A stretch of 63,224 nucleotides of DNA, counting the filler, from Octopus bimaculoides (Eukaryota), in NCBI RefSeq assembly GCF_001194135.2. It is 4 parts of 4 records of this genome, joined end to end, with 100 filler letters (N's around TTAATTAATTAA, not from the genome) between each part and the next. Parts side by side here need not be neighbours in the genome. Positions count along the whole stretch, not along the records: positions 1 to 29,790 come from NC_069008.1; positions 29,891 to 41,987 come from NC_068993.1; 2 more parts are not named here. One strand, given 5' to 3'. Of the stretch, positions 24,150 through 38,416 are shown in pieces. The notes beneath the pieces were generated by a model. The model ran no database searches and was not told the DNA's origin. It was given only the letters and a program-made list of their open reading frames with translations. Every line of letters begins with the position of its first letter. Within the stretch, counting starts at the first letter, position 1. Made by a program: the position numbers and the translations under genes.

Positions 24150-24450
24150 AACTCTAGGTAAGGAGCGATATTTTTAGTGATAGGACGCAAATCATTTGCT
24201 TTAAACGTGAATAGTAGTGAAGTTAAAGCCCTGAAGCCAGTCAGTCATCTTCGAACAACACGACATTTTTCTGGGTATACTCACTCATTAGTATTAGTGG
24301 GTGACTGCAATGGGAACTTAGCAACAGACCGGAATCAGGTGGAATTAGTGTTTAGGAACATCTGCTCAGATTTCTCTATCTGTCGTAACGATCCGATTGG
24401 ATTATTCTTATGCTGCAAAGTGGATTTCGGAAACTCGCATTGAATCATTC
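24150..24450 (+). mobile_element. Possible degenerate APE-endonuclease fragment (L1/Tx1-like)
   Basis: LVLVGDCN resembles the APE motif (L/V)GDFN; similarity is otherwise weak. Confidence 0.35.
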
Positions 24451-26261
24451 AGATAGAAGCTAGTGTATATTTCAGGGTAACTCTTATATATAGGTTACTT
24501 TGATCATTCCCTCTTTATTTGGTGCAGTGAGGAGAATACACAGTTTACGGTGAATAAAAAGTATTTAGACTGGATTAGCGATTTCACAGGGACATAATTC
24601 ATAATTACATGAGTGAACGTGAAAAGGCAATTTTTTTTATGTATCGTATTTTATGGGATATACGATGCACATCCTCCGCACCCACCCCCAAAAATCCTCT
24701 AAAAAACCATCATGGGTCCTATAAGTGACTTTGGGACCATGTTCTAATGCACAGAAAACCATTTTTCCTGAATATGTGCTGATAAGTGTGGGATGCGTCT
24801 CGGAGGCAAGGGTGTCATTTAGACCATCAAATACGAAATACAAATAAGAGGGAGAGACAATCAATGGTTTAGAAGAGAGACTGTTGGAACTTCAAGGTCT
24901 TTAGTAGTAACAGCCAGCATTTTACTTGGCCATTACTTTGATTATAAACAAGAAGGCCGCATTGTTGGTTTAAGGACCATCCTCAAAGGTACGAAGGAAT
25001 TAACTTTTCCTAATAGGACGACATGGCGGAAACCACGATATTGTCTTTCACAAATGAGGGACGGTGTATAATTGCCGGTTTCAAGCGAATGTTTGCAGCT
25101 TTTTAAAAGCAGTTGGTCGAAATATTCGGGGCGATTGATTGACTGTGGTATATGAAGGGGTTATAGAGGATCATCTTCCTTTGATCTGGAAGATAGGAGT
25201 CAAGTATAGCTAAAATTGACGCACTCAACACTGTACTAATGTTACACACACACACACACACATACACACACACACACACACACACGCACACACAGAGGTA
25301 CACACATACGCACATATTGATCGTAGAAATAACCCACTTACTCTCACGGAGGTTGAAGGCTGCCACTGCACTTCCGGTAGTTATGTAAGGAGCTGATGAC
25401 AGTTCCGGTCATTAATGCCACAAGTTTTCTCTGCTCTCCCTTCCGTCTTCTGCTGTTGGTATTTTCCTCTGTTACGCACAATAGAGTCCACAGATATCAG
25501 GACTCTTCATAAATGCCAACACTAGCCACTGTTCTCACTCCGATGTTCTTTCATTACACTCAAGTGTGTCTATGAATGACCAAAACACAAAGACTGTCCA
25601 CTGTTGCAAGCAGCATCGATTCAGATCAAGCTTGTTAACTGATATGCCAGTATTTCTCCACTGAAGCGAAAACACAAAAACGAAAACTTTTCAATGCGTC
25701 GTCTTCATTGCTGTGAAAGAAAAGTGCTTGAATCGAGACAAACGCTTCATTAAACATATAGAAATTATGTGGTTGTATTGTTTCTGAAGTCATTTCAATG
25801 TTAGCAATTATGCTATCTTGATGTGATGTCGGTGGAGACATAAAACCCAGAGGTTTCACGTCACTATACCCGTGGTATCTATTACATAAAAATCATTCAA
25901 ATCTATCAATAAAGATGAAGAAACGAGGACATTGTTCTGAAGTAGTGCACAATTAATTTTAACAATCGATAATTAGCATGTTAAAGGATATTCTTATGCA
26001 TTTTATGATAAATACAGCCATAAATATACTGGCTTCTAACATTTTCCATTTAACTTGCTTACGGATGTCGGAATATAAAAGGAACGGCTTTCACCACTTT
26101 TACACTACATGTTTTTATATGTATCATGGAAATTATCGGTGCTTCTTTATTGCAAAGAACGCAAAGCCATACACTCACAAACATACAAACAGAAAGATAA
26201 CTCATTGCTACAGATGAATTATTATTGGATCTAAATTGTAGATAAACTACATGTAGATTAG

Positions 26262-26300
<39 letters not shown>

Positions 26301-26994
26301 ATANNNNNNNNNNNNNNNNNNNNNNNNNNNNNNNNNNNNNNNNNNNNNNNNNNNNNNNNNNNNNNNNNNNNNNNNNNNNNNNNNNNNNNNNNNNNNNNNN
26401 NNNNNNNNNNNNNNNNNNNNNNNNNNNNNNNNNNNNNNNNNNNNNNNNNNNNNNNNNNNNNNNNNNNNNNNNNNNNNNNNNNNNNNNNNNNNNNNNNNNN
26501 NNNNNNNNNNNNNNNNNNNNNNNNNNNNNNNNNNNNNNNNNNNNNNNNNNNNNNNNNNNNNNNNNNNNNNNNNNNNNNNNNNNNNNNNNNNNNNNNNNNN
26601 NNNNNNNNNNNNNNNNNNNNNNNNNNNNNNNNNNNNNNNNNNNNNNNNNNNNNNNNNNNNNNNNNNNNNNNNNNNNNNNNNNNNNNNNNNNNNNNNNNNN
26701 NNNNNNNNNNNNNNNNNNNNNNNNNNNNNNNNNNNNNNNNNNNNNNNNNNNNNNNNNNNNNNNNNNNNNNNNNNNNNNNNNNNNNNNNNNNNNNNNNNNN
26801 NNNNNNNNNNNNNNNNNNNNNNNNNNNNNNNNNNNNNNNNNNNNNNNNNNNNNNNNNNNNNNNNNNNNNNNNNNNNNNNNNNNNNNNNNNNNNNNNNNNN
26901 NNNNNNNNNNNNNNNNNNNNNNNNNNNNNNNNNNNNNNNNNNNNNNNNNNNNNNNNNNNNNNNNNNNNNNNNNNNNNNNNNNNNNNNNNNNNTA

Positions 26995-27025
<31 letters not shown>

Positions 27026-27094
27026 GTATATATATTGTATACACACACACACACACACACATAGATATATATAAATATGTATATTAAAATTATA

Positions 27095-27855
27095 ATAAGT
27101 GCGCTGAATGACTACAACACCAGTCTGCTAGAAATAGACCCCAAATGGTCTATGAACCACTTAGACTATTACTCCATTACACAAGGGTGTAAGCGAGGAA
27201 AATAGACAGCGAGGATTTAAAAACAAAAAAAATGGATAATCCTAAATCTAGAGATTTCACGGTTTGAGTTATTAAAAACCCTTTCCGATCGTCAGTAGGA
27301 ACATACCGAAACGTAAATAAATGAAAAATACATTATATACACTGCTATAAGTACAAATAATGTACACACATTTCGCACGTATTCACGAATTAAAATCGAA
27401 GCGCCTATTTTCAACCATGTGCTAATTTACTCAGAATAGTTCCGCAGTAAATATGTTATAGGAGTGAAAAAAAGAAATTTTATACGTAATTAAAATAAAA
27501 TCATTATTTAATGATTAATCAGTGGCCACTGATGAATCAGCACTATTCTGAGTAAATAAGCACATGGCTGAAAACAGGCGCTTGAATTTTAATTTGTGAA
27601 TACTTGCGAAATACGTGTACATTATTTGTACTTATGGCGGTGTGTATAATGTATTTTTCCTTTATTTACGTTTCGGTATGTTCGGAAAGGGTTTTTACTA
27701 ACTCAAACCGTGAAATCTATAGATTTAAGACTATCCAAATTTTTTTTAAATCCTCGCTTACAACCTTGTGTAGTGGAGTAATAATCTAAGTGGTTCATAG
27801 ACCATTTGGGGTCTATTTCTAGCACACTGGTGTTGTAAACATTCAGCGCACTTAT
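27095..27855. mobile_element. Long fold-back (palindromic) element, MITE-like
   Basis: 27095 to about 27445 is the imperfect reverse complement of about 27540-27855 (ATAAGTGCGCTGAATG...CATTCAGCGCACTTAT). Confidence 0.8.
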
Positions 27856-28508
27856 CATGATTTTAATATAAATTAATCATTATGTTAATTTTAGTATTCT
27901 GGCCACTGATAAATCTTTAAATAATGATGTTATCCTAATTACGCATAAAAATATAAACACACATATATATATGTGTGTGCATGTATATATATATATATAT
28001 ATATATATNNNNNNNNNNNNNNNNNNNNNNNNNNNNNNNNNNNNNNNNNNNNNNNNNNNNNNNNNNNNNNNNNNNNNNNNNNNNNNNNNNNNNNNNNNNN
28101 NNNNNNNNNNNNNNNNNNNNNNNNNNNNNNNNNNNNNNNNNNNNNNNNNNNNNNNNNNNNNNNNNNNNNNNNNNNNNNNNNNNNNNNNNNNNNNNNNNNN
28201 NNNNNNNNNNNNNNNNTATATGTATATGTATATATATATATGTATGTATATATCTGGGATATATATCTTATTTTCTATGATCTATTTGTTTCAGTAATTT
28301 GACTGCGGCAATGCTGGAGCACTACCTTGAAATGTTTAATTGATCGAGTCGACCCCAGGACTTTCTTTAAATGATATTCATCGTATGGTTTTCTTTACTG
28401 AATAGTTAAGTTACGGGAATGTAAAACCACCAACACCGGTCGGCAATCAGTGGTGAGGGACAAATATATAAACAGACACACAGATTAAAGAAATACATAC
28501 ACATACAT

Positions 28509-29708
28509 CACAGAAGTGAACAGACACGCTATAAAACATCATTTTATGTTTATTTAACTTGAAAAGGTATCTGTCATTAATTGACATATTCATGTTTCAG
28601 GTTCTATATGGGACTGTTTAATCATGCCACCCAAAAAAAGTGGCCTTGGAAGTGTCCGAATTTCAAAGAGGCCGTATTGTGGGTCAATCTGAAGGTGGGC
28701 TTAACGTAAAATCGCAGAGAACCTTGGGATCCCGTTTTCTACAGTTAATAGAGTGAGTGTACAATTCAGCAAATAGGGAAAGAAGTTCACATCAGCTCGC
28801 TCATGTCGACCAGGTCCCTCTGACAGAACCCTTCGGTCTGTGAAGAGTAGTGTGGAGGATAATCCACGTTGCAAAGTCTCTGACACATCAGAGCAAGTTG
28901 ATATCAGTCCCAGAATACTGTCAGCTGTCTCCAAAAACCTGGATCCTACGACGGAACAGCGAGAAGGAAGCCAATATCGAGCGGAGAAAAGACTGGGCAG
29001 GGAGATGGTGGGGAGGTTACTAGGATTTTTGGTTACTGTCATATTCTCTTATGAGTCCAGATTTGCTGTATTTTCTGACAGTGGTCGAGTGTGGGCCTGG
29101 AGACGCTGAGATCAAAAATTTGACGCGAGAAGATTGCGGCCAACACTAAAACATGGCGGCCTTTCTGTGGTGGCCTGGGGAGCAATTTAAAGGAATGGTC
29201 GATCAGAGTGGAACGTAAGGGAAACATAAATTCAGATTGGTATGTGTCCATATTGCAGGAAGGACTCCTTCAATCTTCTCCAGTGATAAAATGATAAAAG
29301 AAAACTCTTCATTTATGGAAGATGGAGCTCCTTGTCACACAGCTAAAAAGACCCAAGATTCGTTGGAAGAGAATGGCAGTAGACGACTTCCATGGTCATG
29401 CCAGTCACCAGATATTATCTCTATTCAACGCCTCGGGGACATAATAGGCAGGACACTTCGTAAAAAGTACAGGAAAACATCGTCAAAGCTTTTTGAGATT
29501 ACTGCATGAAACCTGGTAAGAAATTCATCATGAGAATATTCGTCATCTGATCAGTAGCATGCCTCACAGGGTACTTGCATTGAAAAAGGCAATGAGCATG
29601 AGTACAAGATATTAGGTATTCACATTATAATAACTAACAAACAATTTCGATGTATAATTTCAGATAAAATAAATTTTAACGATTAAAAAGTGTCTATTTA
29701 CTTCTGTG
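28509..29708 (+). mobile_element. Tc1-family (DD34E) transposon, near full length, pseudogenised
   Basis: SEFQRGRIVG, VIFSYESRF (DESRF-like), KHGGLSVVAWGAI, FMEDGAPCHTAK and LPWSCQSPD. Imperfect inverted repeats CACAGAAGTGAACAGACAC (28509-28527) and GTGTCTATTTACTTCTGTG (29690-29708). Confidence 0.85.
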
Positions 29709-29897
29709 TCTTGTCTGAATACATACATACACACACATACATACATACATACACACATACATACATATATATATTAATACATATACATATNNNNNNNNNN
29801 NNNNNNNNNNNNNNNNNNNNNNNNNNNNNNNNNNTTAATTAATTAANNNNNNNNNNNNNNNNNNNNNNNNNNNNNNNNNNNNNNNNNNNNTATATAT

Positions 29898-29947
<50 letters not shown>

Positions 29948-30999
29948 GTGTGCGAGTGTGTCTTTGTTCCTGTATCCGCCCCCCTCCGCCACCTACCGCT
30001 TAACAACCAGTGTTGGCGTGTTTACGTCCTCGTACGTTAGCAATTCGGCAAAAGGGAGGATGGCATAAGTACCAGGTTTAACAAAATAATAAGCACTCAG
30101 GTCGATTCATTCGACTAAATCCAATTGTTTAAGGCGGTGCCCCAGCATGGCCGCAGCGTAATGAATGCAGCAAGATAAAAGATAACAGAAATAAACAGAA
30201 AATACTTTTTATTAAAAAGGTCGAATCCCTTGACCTTTAACACGATCTCCATGGTTCTGCAGATTATTACAAACACTGTGGTTAATCGTTTCGTTGTTGA
30301 AATTCCTTCTATGCTCTTATGTTTCACACATCACAAATTATCGTGAAGGTTTCTTTTAAACAATATCAGTTACACCTCTCGTCGTGTCTACCTTCTAAAT
30401 AATGTTTTGTATACTCATTACCATTTGTATGCCATTTACTATAAATCTACATTTACAATACGCAAGTTTTTTCTCACAAGCCAAAATATGTGATATTAGG
30501 TAGGAATATATTTCTTCAAACACTTACATTACGAATAATCCGCAGCCATGCAATGTAATCTATTTCGTTTTTTTCATTTGTCTTGCAGGGTCTTTGAAAA
30601 CAAAGTTCGTATTTTGGAAACATGAACTTAACTGTAAGAGGGAGACATGCAGGTGAACGTATATGTTATTAGCAAAATTAACCTCTCAATATACAATTTT
30701 TCATGACTGTTATGCATGTTATAGATAGATGGTTTCAAAATTATAACCTGAATATTTAAGTTCTAAATCTAAAACCACTCGTAAACAACAATTTTATCTC
30801 GAGGTGAATGTGAGACATAGATATATAACATTTCAAAAAAGAGAAATATCGAACACATTTTTTGCGCAAATGAAACCCAATTGAAGATAAATAACTCAAA
30901 GTGACGAGTGGCGGAGAATTTGAATAACAAGGTGACTGAGACTGTATTAAATAACAAAGTAGATATATTTGTTGTTTCCTAAAAATGGTTTGATAGGCA

Positions 31000-31290
31000 A
31001 ACATGGAGTAGGAAAGTGGAACCTAAACGCTGAGATGCTAGCCCACTGCTCCGAATTCAGCCTCGTAATTTCAAACACTGCCTTCAAAAGCCCACTTGTA
31101 TCCACCTTCGCTCTAAGTACCGACACTTGTTAAACTACATAATTACTCAGAGAAGAGATCAGAACGATGTCTTGGAACGAGAGCCACGAGAGGGTCAGAT
31201 TGCTCCACAGATCACCACAGGATCAGATGGAAGCTCACTTTGGCCTACAGTAAACGAAGTACTAAAAGAAAACGCTGACCAAAATATGAG
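31000..31290 (+). mobile_element. RTE (BovB-like) LINE endonuclease fragment
   Basis: Frameshifted GVGK.N.N..ML..C.E..LVISNT.F, HLRSKYRHLLNYIITQRRD and CSTDH-like motifs. Confidence 0.65.
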
Positions 31291-31499
31291 CAAATATCTT
31301 TGGAGGAGGCCGAATAATTGCCTTGGGTCCCCAACTTCGCATTTGGTATTGGCTGCAGTCGGTTTCACTAAGGATTTATATTGGCTTAAAATGACTAATG
31401 AATTTTTTTTTTTTATATAAATATATTGACTACAGGAACTTGCCATTATTTAAACAACGCCGATTGTTATTATGATGGTGGGAAGCTGAGCATAGATGT

Positions 31500-32045
31500 G
31501 GGTTCATAATTACGATGATGTGAGTAACGACGAAGTTGATCAAGGAGATGAAAAGGAAAAGAGGGAGACGATGATGAGGAAGAGGAGAAAAGACGACGAA
31601 GACGGTAATATTGTCATGACGACACCGGAGACGACGAAGATGATGAGGGTGACGGTGAGCACGATGATGATACCACAATGATGACAAAGAGAAGGAGGAC
31701 GATGAGGTGGAGGAGGAGGAAGAGGAGGAAGAGAAAGAAGATGGTGATACCAACGATGATGAGGAGGATGAGAAGGAGGTTGTTGATGGTGAAGTCGTTA
31801 GTGACGATAATGGTGACAATAATGATGTCGATGATGATGATGATAATATTTATAATGATGACGATGACGATGACGATGATGATGAAGATGATATCGGTAA
31901 CATGAAGATGATCGAGTTGATGATGATGATGATGATGATGATGAGGATGACGATGATGACAATGATGACAATGATGATGATGATGATGATGATGATGGTA
32001 GTGATGATGATGGTAGTGATGATGATGGTGACGTTGATGATGAGG

Positions 32046-32117
<72 letters not shown>

Positions 32118-32147
32118 GTAGTGATGATGATGGTGACGTTGATGATG

Positions 32148-32228
<81 letters not shown>

Positions 32229-32352
32229 GTAGTGATGATGATGGTGACGTTGATGATGAGGATGATGATGATGATGATGGTAGTGATGATGATGGTGACG
32301 TTGATGATGAGGATGATGATGATGATGATGATGATGGTGGTGATGATGATGA
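31500..32352 (+). repeat. Cryptic GAT/GAG trinucleotide satellite with a higher-order unit
   Basis: (GAT)n with four recurrences of GGTAGTGATGATGATGGTGACGTTGATGATGAGG. Confidence 0.9.
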
Positions 32353-32776
32353 TAAAATATTTCCTTCCACAGTTTGTCAATTTTATGCGTAAAATTGAAC
32401 TCCACGCAGTTCGTTTGTTTCTGTATTTTTTATTTTTAGAAAAAAACAGTAGTTTTGTTTTAATGTTATTTATTTGTTTTTATTCCACTCTTCTTTTTTA
32501 TGCTTTTCATCTATGTTTCATTGCTTAGTGACCTTGGCATCTCTAAAGTTCAGTGACCATTAAACACATTTTCCCTGGTTCTACCAAGAATTGAACAAAA
32601 ATAGACATGCGTGTCTGTGAAACCAGCACTGTATACATGTATGTATGCATGCATGCATGTATGTATGTATGTATGTATGTATGTATGTATGTATGTGTTT
32701 GTATGTATGTACGCACGTATGTTTTATATATTCATATACACATATATATACATATTTTTTACACATCTATGTTTAT

Positions 32777-32885
<109 letters not shown>

Positions 32886-33148
32886 CGGATATTTGTATCT
32901 GAGTCTCTTTGCTTGCTTGTGTGTGTGTGCGCGTGTGTATGTGTCTGGTTTGCTTTTCACTGCTATTTCCGTTTGACTAATGGAACTCTATAGAATGACA
33001 ACGCTGTTTGTACTTCAATCAAGGACAGGTTTACAATATGTTGCGTGACGTGTGATGCCATTACCGTCCATAACAACAAGAGCAAAAACAAAAAGCAACA
33101 AAAGTAGCAGCAGCAGCAGATGCAGCAGCGGCAACGAAAATAACAACG

Positions 33149-33219
<71 letters not shown>

Positions 33220-33507
33220 CCTTGCTACTAAAGGCACAAGGCCGAAAATTTGGTGAGAGATTCTAAGTCGATTATATGGACCTCAGTATTCAGCTGGTAT
33301 TTATTTTATGGACCCCGGAAAGAAGAAAGGCAAAGTTGACCCCGGCCGCATGTGAGCTCAGAACACGAAGACGGACAATATACCCGGAGGCATTTCGCCC
33401 AGCGTGCTAACGATTTTGCCAGCTTATACACATACATAACTAACCCTCCTACTTTCTTCTCTTCCCCTCTCCCCTTCTCTCGCTCTTTCTCTGTCTCTCT
33501 CTCTCTC

Positions 33508-33600
<93 letters not shown>

Positions 33601-33922
33601 NNNNNNNNNNNNNNNNNNNNNNNNNNNNNNNNNNNNNNNNNNNNNNNNNNNNNNNNNNNNNNNNNNNNNNNNNNNNNNNNNNNNNNNNNNNNNNNNNNNN
33701 NNNNNNNNNNNNNNNNNNNNNNNNNNNNNNNNNNNNNNNNNNNNNNNNNNNNNNNNNNNNNNNNNNNNNNNNNNNNNNNNNNNNNNNNNNNNNNNNNNNN
33801 NNNNNNNNNNNNNNNNNNNNNNNNNNNNNNNNNNNNNNNNNNNNNNNNNNNNNNNNNNNNNNNNNNNNNNNNNNNNNNNNNNNNNNNNNNNNNNNNNNNN
33901 NNNNNNNNNNNNNNNNNNNNNN

Positions 33923-33989
<67 letters not shown>

Positions 33990-34539
33990 CTTGCGAACGT
34001 ATGTAATTGTATGTGCGCGTATGAGTGTGTGTATGTGTGTGTAAAATTGTATTGCAATATATGAACTGAAAGAGTCATGTGGCTATCATGGAAAGCTCCT
34101 CTAGTGGACCCTGCTTGCACACTACTTGGTGATCCAATCCAAGAGATCCAATCAATGGAATTATTCTATGAGGTGTATATTAACCAGAAAACTTCAGGAT
34201 GTATGGCAGGTAAATATATTTATTTAACCATTTGTCTTTCATTTGGTTACGGCCGTTTCGTAGCCTTCATCATATAATAATAATGTGAGTGTATAATAAT
34301 TTATTTTATATGTCTGAATTAATATTCACGCTACGCATTGCACAATATAATTTTATATTTACAAATCAATGCAGAGACATAAAGCTAGCTCATCAAACCA
34401 CCACAATACCATGGATCCAGTAATGCTTCAATGTCAAAATATTAATGAAAGACATAACCACCGTCTAATGAAAGGACAAAATATAGACACGGATAAATTC
34501 ATATGTGAATATAAACATACATGTGAGTATACTTGTGTG

Positions 34540-34586
<47 letters not shown>

Positions 34587-35099
34587 TTGTGTTTGTGTGT
34601 GTGTGTACGTCTTGTGTGTGTGTGTGTGTGTGTATGTGTGTGTGTGTGTGTTCATATGCTCACATACTTTCACGTACACATATCATGCACAGGCTTACAG
34701 TCACAGACACACATATCAATAGCTTGGTGAAAATCGCATGTGTGTGCGTGCGTGCGTTCGTGCGTGCGCATTGAATGGTGTGTTAGGTTTCATCGTGTGA
34801 AAATCGGATTTCGTTTTGGATATATTTTCATGTGATAAAATCGTATAATAGTTGTTCATCGATCATTCCAGAGCAAATTGTAATTCATCGCTATATAACG
34901 TGTGAAATCATGGATCTTAAATCTGTTTTATAACTGCCAGACAAAAAAAAACGCTCGATGCTTGTGACACTTGTGTGGCTGTGTGGTAAGAAGTTTTGCT
35001 TCCCAGCAGTATGGTACTCAAAATCTTTGTGAGTGTTTAAGATGACAGAAACTGTAAGAAGCCTTTCGTATGCATACGAGAGAGGGCTGAAAACTTCCT

Positions 35100-35290
35100 G
35101 GCGTTAAGGGTGTTGTGAAAGGCCTGGTTGGTGGCCCAACATTCCGAGATCTTTTACAAAGCTTGGAAAAATTGATGGACCACTGCAATAAGTGTGGGAA
35201 TCTGTTGAATAATTAACTGATCCTCCTGTATTTTCTTCTACCCATAGAAAGGACCGTTTCAGCACCCACTCACGTATATCAACTGTGTTT
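35100..35290 (-). mobile_element. LINE fragment (RTE-like), homologous to 57960-58140
   Basis: Shares long stretches, e.g. GGACCACTGCAATAAGTGTG and AACTGATCCTCCTGTATTTTCTT, with 57960-58140. Confidence 0.6.
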
Positions 35291-35690
35291 GTATGTGTGT
35301 GCGTATGTATGTGCGTGTATATGTGTGTGGGGATGTGTATATGTGTGTGCATATGTGCGTGGGGAGTGCCTGGTTTTGTCCGTCCCCACCGCTTCACAAA
35401 AATGTTGGTGATTTCATGTCCCCCGTAACTTAGCAGTTCGGCAGAAGCGAGAGATAGAATAAGCGCAAGAGTCAAAAAATAAGTACTAGATTCCGATTCG
35501 TTAGACTAAAGTTTTTGAAGCAGCTGCCCCAGCATTGCCGCAGTCTAAATGACTAAAATAAAAGATAAAGGAATATATATATATATATATAATTGATCCA
35601 GAACAGAAAATTCTGCGAATTTGTGTGTGCGTGTGTATGTGTGTGTGTGTTTTGTTGTGTGCGTGCGTGAGTGCGTTTGTGTGTGTGTGT

Positions 35691-35772
<82 letters not shown>

Positions 35773-36307
35773 ACATGTGTTTCTGTGTGTGTGTATATGC
35801 TTTGTGTCACACACACACATATATGCAAACAATTTGATATTTCTGTAACATATTCCATCTTGTCCATCCATCTTTGATTGTTACCACATTTCCTTCTTTT
35901 TTTCTATCTTTGTCTGTCTCTCAGCACCTATATTTTTCTCTTTATTCTGCCTTCAACCAGACACTTGTGATCTTTTGATCCGTTTGTCAGCTTTTCAAGG
36001 CAAGAATGAAGCAGTATTTGAGCTTTAAATTGTAAGGTTTTCCAGTTAAGCCAATGTTGTATAGAAAATATCCGATACATTATAGAAAGACTGTTTAAAA
36101 GAGTAAGTATAAATGGATGCTGGTGTTTCTGTTGTGGTTTAGCAGACATGGCGGCCATGATTGGACATACCTATCATGAAAAGCATTCCTGCGTTAAGTG
36201 CCAGTCAGTTTTTGTTGGGGTTTTTTTTTTGTTATTTTCGGATGGTGTTACAAGGAATAATGTACTCTGGATTATGTTATTTTATTTGGCCTCTATTCTA
36301 TTTAGTG

Positions 36308-36537
36308 TGGAGGCGTCTGGCATAGTGGTTATTGACCTAGTGGATCGTAAGATTGTAGTTTCAATTCCTGGATTGTGTGACGAATTGTGTTCTTGAGCAA
36401 AATACATCATTTTATCTAGCTCCACTGCATTCAGCTGGCAAAAATGAATAATTCTGCAACGGAACGGCTTTCCATCTAGAATGGGAATATGCACGCCACA
36501 GAATCCTGGAAATTGGTCTTATGAGATTAAGGCTCAA

Positions 36538-36540
<3 letters not shown>
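36308..36540 (+). mobile_element. tRNA-headed SINE, third family
   Basis: A-box/B-box-like head (GGCATAGTGG...GTTTCAATTCC) followed by a TGTGTTCTTGAGCAAAATAC core-like segment. Confidence 0.55.
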
Positions 36541-36573
<33 letters not shown>

Positions 36574-38348
36574 CGCTTAAAAGAGTTTTTGAATGCGTAA
36601 TTTATAACAGAATTAGACTGGTAGTACAAAAGAAAATATGGCGCAAAATGTCTTTAGTAAGCAAAGTGTTTATGTTATTATTAGCAGTTTTAAACTGAAT
36701 CGAATCAAAATCGCAAAAATTGCTACCCTGGTCGTGTTCTTATTCTTCACAACTATTTCATTTTAAATGAGATTTGGTGGTGTTCATGCAATGGATAGGT
36801 GATTGGTTAAATAGTTTCAAGTTTGAATTGAAATTGAACCTCTGCTTTGGTTACTCACTTGTGCATGATTTTTCTGTGAAGATCAACTTGTTTAAAAGAG
36901 TGTATGGAAATATTGATACATTTCTTTATATCGGTTTCAAATTTTTAGGAGTGGTTAAATCGATTATATCAACCTCAGTGCTTAACTGATAAGTTATTTT
37001 GTCGATCTAGAAAGAATGAAAGCAAAGTTTTCACCGGAAGTATTTGAATACCGCATGTAAAAACGGGCGAAATGCCGCTAAGGGGGTTTTACCCGGTGTG
37101 CTGCCGATTTTCCCTGCTCACTGCTCTGCATACATTTCTTCATACTGGAATCGAAACTAGGTCGTGAAATATTTTGACAGAAATCTTTCCCTAAATTTAC
37201 TGAAACGTTTTGAAACCCTGAGCCAATATACATATATATATATATATATATANNNNNNNNNNNNNNNNNNNNNNNNNNNNNNNNNNNNNNNNNNNNNNNN
37301 NNNNNNNNNNNNNNNNNNNNNNNNNNNNNNNNATATATGAATATGAAGTATGGTCTACTTTAAGAGACCCAGTTGGAAATAAGATCAATTGTTGCAAGAC
37401 AAGCATTGTTGTAGAAATATTAACAAAAAGAAAAATATTCTTGCGAGACAAGAGTGGCTACAGAAATATAAAAAAAAGCAATGAACATTAAATTTCAAAT
37501 AAATAAATAAATAAAACAAAAGAGAAAGAAAATTCAAAAATAAAAATGCAAAACAAAAACAGAAAAGTTGTGGACAGTAAAAACACGGTGAGTCTAGAAG
37601 AGGAAACTATTTATATGACCTGAAATATAACAAGAGACCTCAAATGGGACAGAGGTAGAGAAAGTGGGAGGAGAAAGATGCGAGGGAGAAGGGGGAGGTA
37701 AAATAATGAATGAGTGAGTGAGTGAGTGAGTGAATGAGTGAGTGAGTGAGTGGATGGGTGGGTGAGTGAATGACTGAGTGAGACGGTTATTGATGTGTGG
37801 TTATTCCATTGTTGAAAACCATACAAGTGTGAGATATAAATTTTGTTTCGTTGGTTCCAGACTACTGCAGTGCGTAAGAGATGGGAGTAATGACAAAGTC
37901 AATTCAAAAACCTGAACAACAACAACATAGCAAAAATACAAAAAAAAAATATATAAATAAATAAATAAATAAAAATCTAAAAATTTAAAACAAAAACAAA
38001 AAAAACAACCAGGCAAACAAACAAACGCAACAAAATGTTTTCGGTGAGGAACATCTAGATAATACAACGGTACGTTGGAATAATGGTGCTATGACAAGAC
38101 TCTACAAAGGTTTTGATTCTACAATGGTTGTGATGCTACAATGAATGGCGTGTGATGCGACAATGCTTCGAATATTGATTATTATTTTTCTTACATTCAA
38201 AAGCACTCATTTTATTTTATACTGAGGTAAAGAAGGCGAAATTAGATTATGTGACAACCATGCTTTCATCGAAAGCTTTAGAAAGCTGTACGATGCGATG
38301 ATGCTTCGAAAATCGATCATTATTATGATTATAATTTTATTATTATTA

Positions 38349-38416
<68 letters not shown>

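Noticed and set aside
29835-29846. TTAATTAATTAA isolated inside N runs (also 42032-42043 and 62021-62032)
   Set aside because: An identical 12-mer with stops in all six frames, centred in gaps, is an assembly/scaffolding spacer and not biology.
31900-32352. Regularly recurring unit superficially like a CRISPR array
   Set aside because: The spacers are just (GAT)n, the context is eukaryotic and there are no cas genes.
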